Origin: Lama guanicoe
Lineage: Eukaryota
Direction: 5' to 3'
NCBI GenBank assembly: GCA_013239625.1
Contig: MU056000.1
Span: 11,173,175 to 11,237,174 of the forward strand
DNA: 64,000 nucleotides
Shown here: piece after piece, positions 13,401 to 24,338 of the stretch
Layout: each line of letters begins with the position of its first letter
Numbering within the stretch: position 1 is the stretch's first letter
The notes under the pieces: model-generated
The model's input: the letters and a program-made list of their open reading frames with translations, nothing else
The model's database searches: none
Told to the model about the DNA's origin: nothing
Made by a program: the position numbers and the translations under genes

Positions 13401-13490
13401 GCAAAGGCAGCTCAAGCATCTCATCCGACGTGAGTTCAAGTACTGATCACACGCCAACCCAAGCCCAGAAGAATGTGGCCACCAGCGAAG
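13401..13490 (+). CDS. FBXL7: F-box and leucine-rich repeat protein 7, internal coding exon (exon 2), 90 nt, phase 1-1
   Basis: Polypyrimidine tract plus acceptor (ctctttcttcttttttctAG|gc) and donor (gaag|GTaggc). Translates to (G)KGSSSISSDVSSSTDHTPTQAQKNVATSE, matching the recalled FBXL7 N-terminus MGANNGKQYGSEGKGSSSISSDVSSSTDHTPTKAQKNVATSEDSDL; it lies within ORF 13289..13588. Confidence 0.95.
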
Positions 13491-15829
13491 GTAGGCATCT
13501 GGTCTCCCTTGTCTCTTGCCCTCTGCACAGTGCTGGCTATGTTTGGAAGACATATGGAATGTGTGAGTCTCAGTCCTGCTCTGCCTAGTGGGAGCATATG
13601 AGGTTCCTTAAAATGAAAAGGCAGAGGTTTTCCCAGGTGTCCTTTTTGTTGCATTGCTGTCACTTGTTTGAGTATGGAAACGGTTGTTTCTGTGGTAGTT
13701 ATTTAGTGGAAAGTTGACTGAATTATGGAATCAGGTCCTTTTATTTTGATGTTAAACACAATTAAATGCCTTAAGTGACTTCTCTGAAGAAGAATTCTTT
13801 CTAAATAAATTGTTGAATGGAGGTCAAGGTGAAACATTATTGCCATTTATAACGTGAGGTGTCAGCTGATTTTCTCATGACACTGTGTAGAGCCTACTTT
13901 CCTGAAGTGTACAGGATGTTGTGGAAACACACTTTCAGTCCTTGTTTCAGTGGCTTAGTTTCTGCTGCTTATAGTGTTAGGAAGAGTAATGACCTGGTGT
14001 CGGTCATCTCAGCCATTTGATCGCTCCTGATCTGCATTATAGTTTATGCATTAATGGTGATGGTTTACCTCTGTTGAGTGTGTCTTCTCTTTGGGTATTC
14101 TTTGACTTGGAGTGGTTCAAATAAGTATTATCTTCTCTGGGTTAATTATCCTCAGGCTGATGGATAAATAGCTTTTACAACTGGATGATATTCCCTTGTG
14201 TTTAATGCCTTAGCATTGTAGCATTGTTTTAACAACAAGGTATGGCACACAGATTGAGGGCTTCTCTTTAGTGCAGTGAAGCACCAGGTAGCAATCCAAC
14301 TTTAATTTTCTGCCTGTTAATTCAAATACGGGGATTAGATCATTCTTGAAATTCACTTAAGGTAATGTGCAAATCGGCTAAACTGATTCTAGACATTAGC
14401 TTTCATTCTTAGGAGCCAGAGTGGAAATTACTTCAGTTTAATTTATTTATGATCTGCTCTAATCAGAAATCTATGTTTTGTAATAAGATTACCAGTTCTT
14501 TCCACCATTATTTCGCAGTCCCTCTTGTCACAGTAATTTGTCTAATTTGAGTGGCTGTGACAAGAGAAAGTTAAAAGTATGTGAAGTCATTCCTCTCTGT
14601 TTCCCTGTCTGGATTTATGTTCTCTTGATATTTTTCCCCCACTTTTCACATATAGAAAATGCAAAAATATATGAGCTCTGTTGCAAAGGCTGGGGGAAGG
14701 GACTGTGGGGTGTCATGCATTAAAAAAAGTTTGCTTTTCATGCTTCAAAAAATGCTATAGGGATTTATTTTTTTAATTTTGTACTTTACCTTTTTCTTAG
14801 GAAGATTCTTTTCGTGTAGGCCCAGTCAGTGTTTTATACATTTTTGTCCCAATGCATTTTCAGGAGAGAAAAATGGGAAAATGTAATGTTCATTTGAAAC
14901 AGAATTTTTAGCAATGGGGCTAAATTAGCATGGAATTTTTTTCTCAGCTCTTACGTAGAAGAGCCTCATCCTTACGAAGGATGCTCTCCACTCTCTGCTT
15001 ATCTGAAAAATTTAGAAAGAATGTGTTGTTTTGCTGTTTATTTGTGTGAATCTGTTTTTGCTACTGTTTTTCAAGCAATGAAAATTAAAAATCTTAAAAA
15101 ATGAATTAAGTGTGGGTGTTAGTTACATTAAAATGTGTTTCAGGGCTATTTGCTGTGAAATGGTCTCATATTACCAGTCTGATTTTTCAAGATGGGAGTC
15201 CAGTAGTCGGTGCTGATTGTCTCAGTGCACAAGTGACAGAGCCTGGGTCCGCCTGTCAGGATGAGAGATTAGGGCGTCACATTCTCTGACCTACTCAGGG
15301 TGGATTTACCCAATGGCATACATGTCTCCTCCTACTAGAAAGCACCTAGGGAACCGCTGGGTGCAACACACTGACAAAAGAACACAGAAGGTGGACATTG
15401 ATTTCTTACTCACTCTGCAGATGAGTACGTGTAAAAATGCTTCTCTGATTCTCTTTCTACCGTTTCTACAACTATGTGTAACCTTTGATGCTAAGAAAAT
15501 ATTGGGTGAGTAATGTACCTAGCTTTCTGGAAGCTGTTTGATTATGGTTATTTTCTTGGATTCTTTGACCCTCTCCTGATTTTTTCACCTCTGAATTCAT
15601 AGATACTGTCTTCAAGAAGCACAGGCAGGATCTTCAGTTGAAAGATCTGAGTGATACTGATTTCTAAACATGGTATATATTGTGAAGGATGATACTCAGT
15701 TTTCCCCGCAGCTTTTGAAAACTGTGGCCCAACCTAGAAGAGCTGGGTTGGAAGCATTTTGGAGCAGCATTGGACTTCTCCCTGATGGGCTGGATGGGGA
15801 AGGCATTACACTGCTTCTCTGCTGGTGGG

Positions 15830-15870
15830 GTGTGTGTGTGTGTGTGTGTCTGTGTCTGTGTCTGTGTGTG
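15830..15870. repeat. (TG)n/(TGTGTC)n microsatellite
   Basis: Directly visible. Confidence 0.9.
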
Positions 15871-16039
15871 CACCTGTGTGCATTTGCGTCCAACCTCCAC
15901 AGGACAGCTAATGGCCCAGGCATTGTCTCTTACTGGGAAACATGTAGGTAACCAGTCTATGCAACATTTGCTGGTAAATAAACCGAGGACATGGGAGTGG
16001 GGGGGAGGGAAGGACATTGACATGATATGCATTAACCTG

Positions 16040-16190
16040 GGAGTGGCCTTGGGAATGGTGATTAACTGTCAACAGGCACGTGGGATCTCATTGGGGAGAT
16101 GACGATATTCTAAAATTGGATTGTGGGGATAGTTACACAGCTCAGCAAGTTGACTAAAACTCATTGAATTTTACACATGAAAATGGGCTT
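16040..16190 (+). mobile_element. Old L1 (L1MC/MD-like) 3' UTR fragment
   Basis: atattctaaaattggattgtgggga, ctaaaactcattgaattttacac. Confidence 0.65.
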
Positions 16191-16321
16191 GGAGGAGCTG
16201 CTGCCTGACCTTCAACTCATATCTAAACCATCATAAACTATTCTGCTGCCTCCCAGCTCTGAGAGGAGGTCATGAACAGTGGTGAGAGGATGTCTTGACC
16301 TGTACAAAGTACAGAGCTGCC

Positions 16322-16483
16322 GGGAGGGTATAGCTCAGTGGTAGAGTCTTTGTTTAGCATGCACGAAGTCCTGGGTTCAAGCCCCAGTACCTTCAAAAAA
16401 ACAATAAATAAATCAATAAATAAATCTATTTACTGCCCCCTCCCCCAAATTTTTAAAACTTTTTAAAAAAAATTAAAAAAAAA
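16322..16483 (+). mobile_element. tRNA-Ala-derived SINE (camelid vic-1-like)
   Basis: A box tagctcagtgg (16331-16341), AGC anticodon remnant (16356-16358), B box ggttcaagcc, then (AATA)n, a C-rich linker and an A-rich tail. The anticodon stem is broken, so it is not a tRNA gene. Confidence 0.85.
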
Positions 16484-17658
16484 CCTGATCCTGAAATGCT
16501 CTGACTTTGGGGCCAGAATCGGCCTGAAAGCCATCATTTCAGACCTCTGGACCAGCAGTGTTCATAGCCCAGCGTGTGGTGCCGGTTAGAGCTGATACAT
16601 ATATGTTCTCCCATGAAGCTCCTGAAAGATGTGAGAGATTATAGACTCACAGATTTCCCAACCCTTTTATTTACTTATTTTTTTAGCTTTTCTGGGATAA
16701 TCTTTATTCTTGGCTCATATTTTAAGTACTTTAGCACAAGCCCTGATGTTTGAGGCATCACCTTTATTCGCTCTAAGTCTGTTTCTTTGCTGAGGGCTTA
16801 TGTCTTTGCTATCTAGCTAAAGTTCCAGCTGATCCACTTTGGGTCATAAGGCGGTTCCCTTAAGATGGTGGGCACAGGTGGTGATACACTTCGGTTTTAA
16901 TCCAAAAGGGGATGGTGTTTTTTTTACCTGATGGGAGTGTTCTGTTCTAAGGTCTCATGCATAACTTTCATAAGTCTTAATTTGGGGACTCTAAAGCCAC
17001 CCCCCTTTCAAGGAATTGGCAGTTTACAGTGCTTTCTGCCTGATAAGGTATAAGCTTTCTTGAAAGCTCATTGTATTTCTTGTGACAGTTTAAGTTCCTG
17101 ATTCCCTGACACCGTAGGGGGTTGGAGTTCAAGTGTAGAAAGCTGGAAACTTTCCATTTTTTCCCCAGCAAAATCTGCATTCCAACATCCTAAGCTTAAT
17201 TCTTTCCAGTTGTGTTACTATTCTATCTCTTCCATTTTGTTTTTTTCAATGTTTCTCATCCACAGGGTGTTATCTCTTGTATTTGCAAAGGATGGCATTT
17301 GACCTTCATCTATCTGAAAGTCATGTCCAGCAGATTCAGTTGGATTATGTTCCATCGTGAAGAAGCTTCCTAGAAATAGTAAGCTGAGTTTGGGCTTCTT
17401 TCATGAAACAGGAAACAAAAGGGTGTGGCTTTAAGGGTGCATCTCAAAAACGCAACCTTCTCTTGAGCTGGGGTAAAATGAAGCGGTTTGTTCAAAGGCC
17501 AAATGGAGTTGGCTGATGAAGAACCAGCTTCTTTCAGCTGCTCTTTAATCATATTCAAGCTCAGAAATTGAACTCACTGACAACACCATTTATAGGTGTG
17601 ATGGTTGTTTATACAGCTTGATTATCAAGCCAGACAACCAGGGAATCCTAGAATTCTT

Positions 17659-18335
17659 TTTTTTTTAACATTTCTTATTGATTTATAATCATTTTACAAT
17701 GTTGTGTCAAATTCCAATGTTCAGCACAATTTTTCAGTCATTCATGGACATATACACACTCATTGTCACATTTTTTTCTCTGTGATTTATCATAACATTT
17801 TGTGTATATTTCCCTGTGCTATACAGTGTAGTCTTGTTTATCTATTCTACAATTTTGAAATCCCAGTCTATCCCTTCCCACCCTCTACCCCCCTGGTAAC
17901 CACAAGTCTGTATTCTCTGTCCATGAGTCTTTAGATTCCACATATGAGCGATCTCATATGGTATTTTTCTTTCTCTTTCTGGCTTACTTCACTTAGAATG
18001 ACATTCTCTAGGAGCATCCATGTTGCTGCAAATGGCGTTATGTTGTCGGTTTTTATGGCTGAGTAGTATTCCATTGTATAAATATACCACATCTTCTTTA
18101 TCCAGTCACCTATTGATGGACATTTAGGCTGTTTCCATGTTTTGGCTATTGTAAATAGTGCTGCTATGAACATTGGAGTGCAGGTGTCATCCTGAAGTAG
18201 ATTTCCTTCTGGATACAAGCCCAGGAGTGGGATTCCTGGGTCATATGGTAAGTCTATTCCTAGTCTTTTGAGGAATCTCCACACTGTTTTCCATAGTGAC
18301 TGCACCAAACTGCATTCCCACCAGCAGTGTAGGAG
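17659..18335 (-). mobile_element. Young 5'-truncated L1, ORF2 C-terminus plus 3' UTR
   Basis: Uninterrupted ORF2 C-terminal peptide ([23 protein letters not shown]...YHMRSLICGI), poly-T on +, perfect TSD gggaatcctagaattctt at 17641-17658 and 18336-18353. Confidence 0.95.
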
Positions 18336-18353
18336 GGGAATCCTAGAATTCTT

Positions 18354-18480
18354 AGAGCTACAAAGGGCTTTGGCAATTTTCTGATCGAATACACTCATTT
18401 TACAAAGAAATACCCATGGCACAGAGAAATGAGGAGATTTGCTCAAGATTATACACCTAATAAATTGTCAGGCAGGAGTG
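18354..18480 (-). mobile_element. MIR fragment that hosts the young L1
   Basis: agagctacaaagggcttt, ctcattttacaaaga, gatttgctcaagatt. Confidence 0.55.
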
Positions 18481-18534
18481 TAACACAGTATTGTTTTGGT
18501 GAAAGATGGTCCAATTAGGAGAAAGTGTAACCTT

Positions 18535-19200
18535 TATTTATTTACTTATTTATTTCTTTGCTTTGCTCTAACTTACTGTTTTTTTAAATTGAAGTATAGC
18601 TGGTTTACAACGTTGCATCAGTCTGGTGTACAACATATTGTTTCAATCATACATATACATACATATTTTTGTTTTCATATTCTTTTTCATTATAGGTTAT
18701 TACAAGATATTGAATATAGTTCCCTATGCTACACAGAAGAAATTTATTTATCTGTTTTATATACAATAGTTAGTATCTGAAAATCTCAAACTCCCAATTT
18801 ATCCCTTCCCACTCTTTTCCCCCGATAACCATGTTTGTTTTCTATGCCTGTGAGTCTGTTTCTGTTTTGTAAATAAGTTCATTTGTGGGTGTTTTTTTGT
18901 TTTTGTTTTTGTTTTTTTAGATTCCACATATGAGTGATATCATATGGTATTTTTCTTTCTCTTTCTGGCTTACTTCACTTAGAATGACATTCTCCAGGAC
19001 CATTCATGTTGCTGCAAATGGCATTATTTTATCACTTTTATGGCTGAGTAGTATTCCATTGTATAAATATACCACAGTTTCTTTATCCAATCATCTGTTG
19101 ATGGACATATAGGTTGCTTCCACTTCTTGGCTGTTGTAAATACTGCTGCTATGAACACTGAGGTGCAGATATCTTTTCAAATTTGAGTTCCCTCCTGATA
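18535..19200 (-). mobile_element. 5'-truncated L1, somewhat older subfamily
   Basis: ORF2 end and 3' UTR (ttgaagtatagctggtttacaa, gttgctgcaaatggcatt); degenerate TSD at 18522-18534 and 19207-19219. Confidence 0.9.
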
Positions 19201-19949
19201 TAGAAAAAAGCATAACCTTAAAAAAAAAGCTGTTGCCTTTGGAGCATGAAGCTGTTTGACTCTCTTTTGTCCACCTGCTGTCTAGCTGCCTAGTTTGAGC
19301 TGGTTGCAGAACTGAGGAAGGCTTTCAGAAGAGTCTGAGAAAGATGATTGAGCCCCAATTGATTAGTACTTCCAGAGGAAGGAGACAATCTGCCTCAAAT
19401 GGTAACAGGGTCTCCACCTACTTGGGTAGGTTGGTTTCTAGAGATGGAAACACGGCCTTAAAGTCAGCTCATGATTTTAAAATAGTCTTTCAACAGATTC
19501 ACATGACATTACTTTCTGAAATTGCTCATTTATTTAACTCCCTGATGGAAGTGCATTTTAAAATGTTTCATTTGAGCCCTGTGAAATGAGTTGATTTATG
19601 AAGAATTGTTGGTGATATTCTTTCCATGAACCCTAAAATCACCAGTTTATTTATACAGTCATGGACTGTCATTTTTTTCAGCGCCCAAATTAGACCAGTT
19701 CTAAATAGAGCTATTTTGAAAATGTCCAGACATCTGGCTTTGCTTTTATTCTCTTTGTCTTCTTTATGTTATCTTCTTTTTACTTCTTGAATATACTCGT
19801 CAAACAAAATTCACAGAAATCACTCAAGGAAGAGAAAGATGATGCTTTTAACTCAAGGTAGGTTCTGTTTCCCAAAAATTCTTTTCTGACTGTCCAAAAA
19901 ATTCAACAAACATTTTTGGGACACTAATTTCAGGTTCTTAGTCGTCCTT

Positions 19950-20125
19950 TCATGAGCACTATTACATTCAACTTTGTTTCATCTTCATACTTCTCTTGTG
20001 AAGTAAGCATAAATGTTTCCATTTGGTAGATGAAAACAGGGAGACTGGGGAAAAATTAGGGTGGCCCAAAGTCATGTTAAACTAGTAAGTGGCAAAGATG
20101 AGCTTTGAGCCCTGAGTTCTGTCTA
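19950..20125 (-). mobile_element. MIR fragment
   Basis: ccatttggtagatgaaaacagggag, gcccaaagtcat, ctagtaagtggcaaag. Confidence 0.6.
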
Positions 20126-21379
20126 AGATTTATACTTAATTGTTTTGTAAAATTGTCATGCAAAACTACTGAGAGTTTCATACGAATCATTGTTATAAGT
20201 TTATATCAGGATGTATTTTGAAAGTCCTTAAGAGAAATACCTTTTCAAATATCAACTCATAATCGTGTCTAGATTGCTAGTTTTACACACGGAAACATGT
20301 ATCGTCTTAGAAGTTGACTTCAAATCCTCATTTATGGAAAGCAAAAGTCAACACTCCAAGCTGCTTTTCTATTGCACTGTTGAAGGTTTAGTTTCTCAGT
20401 TACCGTAACTGCCCTAAAAGACTGCACCAGAGTTAGGATTTGAAATTGACATGTAAGTTAATCATGATACAGGATCTCTAGTGTATGTAAGAGAAAAGTG
20501 CTGAGTAGTGGTATTGCCTGTTTTCCCTTTTAACCTGGGCCGTGGAATTATTCTTTAGCTGGAAATGCAGACAAGTGGTAGATCTCAATCTCAGACCATG
20601 TGCCTTGGAAGACTGGAAATGGACCCTGAAGCAGTCTATTACAGTTGAATGAAATTCTGTCTTTGACACAACACCAAATGGAGTGATAACACAAGAAGAG
20701 GAATATAAAGAACTAGAGAAAGAAAATGACACTGAAGAAATCCCCTGAAGAATAGTTATAAAATGACATTTATCCAAATTGGACAGTGGGGTGGGGCACC
20801 TTATGGAGAGGGAGAGATTCCAAAATCAGAAATGGCTTTTAGCTTTTACTCAGTGTATGAGGAAGGTGATAATTGATTAGGATAGAGGTTTGTTTTGCCT
20901 CTAAAAATTAAATTTTAAACTTTATCTCTGAAAACTTCAGGATCATTTAAGAATGCTTTGCAAGGCTTTAGCATTTGAAGCTTAACGCGTTTTGGTAATT
21001 AAATTAGCAACTTACTGCTTCCTGATCAAGTTTCCTTTATTGCTGAAGCTACTGCTTAATTGTAAGTTAGGTGACTTTTGAAAAACTGCACCAATTACCT
21101 TTGGCGATTTGAGCATTTTATAGGTTCAATGTGCCCAATTTAATAAAGAAGTCGAATTTTAATCTGAGGATTAGCTTAAGCAGAGAAAAGCTCATCAACT
21201 CAGTATCCACAAAATGGTTATGTAAGCCCAGAAATGTACACTGAAGTCATAAATACCATCCCAGACTCGAGAACTCAAGACTCAAGTTTAATTTCTTGAG
21301 GGAATTATCTTCCCAAATGAATTACCCAGAATGGCAAAAATGTCATTTAATAGTCTTAGAAGGAAATTAGGTTTCTCTC

Positions 21380-21436
21380 TGTGTGTGTGTATGTGTGTGT
21401 GTATGTATGTGTGTGTGTGTATGTGTGTATGTGTGT
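21380..21436. repeat. Interrupted (TG)n microsatellite
   Basis: Directly visible. Confidence 0.9.
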
Positions 21437-24214
21437 TTAAGAATATCTTCAAGTAATACTTAACTGAGGCATCCAGAGTCTCTCAGTGCCTTTATGTAGA
21501 GTTGGGAGGGAGAAAATGTTAGATCTTCGATATTCTAATCCCACGTATCAGATTATTCTATGCTTATTTCCCTCACCTATGTTTTGTCATTTGTAAAAAA
21601 AAAATACTCAATAAATAATTAGTACATTTAAGCTAATGGTTTATCTAAGTACAACTAAATGTATTTGTAATAGAGGCTTGAATCATTCTGAAGATATCTT
21701 ATCAGTAATTTCAGTAATTTCATTAATTTAACCAAATGGGAATTTATTAAAGGATGTCATTAATCTAGGTTAAATACACTTGTTTAGGCACTGTATAAAA
21801 TGGGGCTACAAAATGTATGCTAGTCACAAACTGGTAGCACAGAGAATGAGCCCTACCCTCAGATATGTTTTCTTCTACCTGAAGAATTTTCAGAACTGAT
21901 TTTGGGTTTAATTTAATGGATTGAAGTGGCCCATCCAGCCTGCCCCTCTCGAGTCTCCCTCATCCTCTAATGCCATAAACAGTCATCCTTCGCAATATTG
22001 CTGTTAGCTGTTTAGTTCCCCGAAGAATCTGATTTTATGACAGGATCTGGTGCTTCCAGAACCTTGGCAATTACTGGGGGAAATAAACACTTGTGAAACA
22101 GTTAAATAGTAATTTGGGATGGTTTGGGATTGTGTCCCAGCTAGTGGTTTGAAGAGGTGCTATAGCTGGAGGAGTTGGGGAAAAGCATCGTGGTAGCCTG
22201 GGGCTTGGCTTTGGCTGTGTGGTAGAAGGTGGAGGGTGGAGAGGAGGATACAGCATGGCGCCTAAGACTGTGAAGAGTTTGGAAAAATCCATTTGGACTC
22301 ACTTGGGGAAAAGTGAAGTCTTCTAAACAGACCCTCCTCTGGCAACACTGAATAAGGTCGAAACGTGCCTTAAAGACATCCAGTCTTTCACTAAAACGAT
22401 TAGTTATGGAGAGGCCACACATTCCTTGTGCAGGGGTTTCCATGGATCGCATATAATTGGAGTTGTCAGGGACAAACAGGCTATCATTCCATAATACTGT
22501 GTACCCACCACCTTTCTTTGCGTTATTTGGAAGGTTTTACACTAAAGGACCAATTTCTGAGCTCATCTAAGGCAAAGAAGGAATATGGAGGAGGTTGGGA
22601 ACCAACATTTTAGGACAAACATCTTGATTCTGGAAATGTTTGCTCGTTAGAGTCACGGACACAGTCCGACCTTAAAAATCAGGTTAGCATGTCTGTTTAT
22701 TCCTCTTTGACTGGGAAATAACTTCCTGAGGATAAACTAACTTCCTCAGGAAGTCCCTGACTTCTCAAGGCTGTTAGACTGATTAACAAATAATGAGAGA
22801 AAAGCACTTGAGTAAAGGACATTCCTTTACATCCTATATATTCCTGAAAAACATAGAAAATCCACATTATGGAGGGAATAATATACAGGTAATTTAGAAA
22901 TTATTTGTGACCATTAAGATATGATTGAAGAATTATTATAAAGAATGCAGTCTGTGGAAAGCACATAGTAACACAGTTAATAATTTTAAATGTAACTAGG
23001 AGACTTTCTGCTGTTTATAACTGTGTCTGCCTTCCCAGGTTGGGTGGGCCCCCGGTTCGCTGAAGGGCTTTTGTTCTTCCAAATAACTGCATGTGTTTGA
23101 GTATGTGAGTTTCCTGATGTAGGGTTTAAAAAACTCGGTTTCTCTGTGCAGTAGAGAGATGCTGGGCTTCAAAGGAAGGAGACACAGAGGGAACCCAGGA
23201 GAGTGAAGAGGGAGATGGTGGAAAGCAGTGAGAGTGGAGCCGGTGAGATAGTCCAACAGCTGTGAGGTAGGGATGCCCAAAGTGATGCCTTCCTGGGTCC
23301 CTGAAGTCAGTCTTTACCAAACTCACCAAACGCGTGGAGGGAGTGGATTTCCTATAGATATCAGCCAAGGGCTGACTTTTGAGACTGTTCACTTGCTTTC
23401 TTTGTAGTCACCTGACTTACACAGATGTAACTAAAGCTGACTTTTGAAGAATCCATCAGTTAACACTCCTTGATTATTACACTGAGCACAAATTTATGTT
23501 TATCTTCTGTTGTATATAAAAGTGTTCTTTATAACTTGTACTAACTTAGCAATTTATATTACCTTTTCTCTTTTGAATCTGATTATGGACTCACTTTGTT
23601 CTGATTATTAATAAGTATTATTCTCTTTGTGATGCTTGGCTTTTCACAACTTCTTCTGTGCAACACCTTTAGGCAGCTCCTTTGCCATTCTAGCACGTCC
23701 TTCCTGCTATGAAACCATCCTTGCTTTCTGGCCACAAAAGAATGTTCCTGATCCACTCTATTTTCTTTTTTCTGCCTAAGACACAGACTAAGTCATGTGC
23801 CTAAAGAGTCTGGGCCATTTTAGTGGAGAAAGATGTTCAAGACATAAATCTGGGAATCAAGCAAAGGGTTCCTGATGCTGTGGGCTCACTTTTAGGAAAA
23901 TGAGAGCAGGAGTAAAAGTATTTTTTGAGGTAACAGTACACACTGATTTTACCGATTTATAACATTGTATATTATAAACTCTTGCACATTACATATATTC
24001 TTATAGTATGAAATTTCATTTGCTAGTAAGATTTTTCTATTACTCAGCAAACAAACTTACCACTTCTGTTGGGCCTTCCCCATTGGTTCTCCAAATAATG
24101 TACTCAGATGTTCATGCTCGGTAGCAGTGACAAGTGATGAGCTCCAGTTCAATCAAGATATCAACTGCATAAGAATTTTGTGTGTGCTTCAGTTCATACC
24201 TCCACATGTCATTT

Positions 24215-24338
24215 CCACACTAGCTTGAACTTCTTTGAGGAAAGAGCCGTGTTTTCTCCAGCTTTGTATACCCCATGGCTACCATAGTACTTAACATATA
24301 ATAAACATTTGATAAGTGTTTATTGGAAGGATGAATAG
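24215..24338 (+). mobile_element. L2 3' end
   Basis: ctttgaggaaagagccgtgt, ctttgtatacccca, taagtgtttattggaaggatgaat. Confidence 0.65.

Noticed and set aside
13289..13588. 99-aa ORF as a stand-alone gene
   Set aside because: Only the spliced 90-nt core matches FBXL7; the flanks are intronic (FFFFL is the polypyrimidine tract).
15664..16102. Overlapping ORFs on both strands
   Set aside because: The open frames are sustained by the (TG)n microsatellite (CVCV/THTH runs).
16322..16393. tRNA-Ala(AGC) gene
   Set aside because: The anticodon stem is disrupted and it is followed by an (AATA)n/poly-A tail, which fits a SINE.
17931..18446. 171-aa ORF as a host protein
   Set aside because: It is a truncated L1 ORF2 C-terminus read in from flanking MIR sequence.
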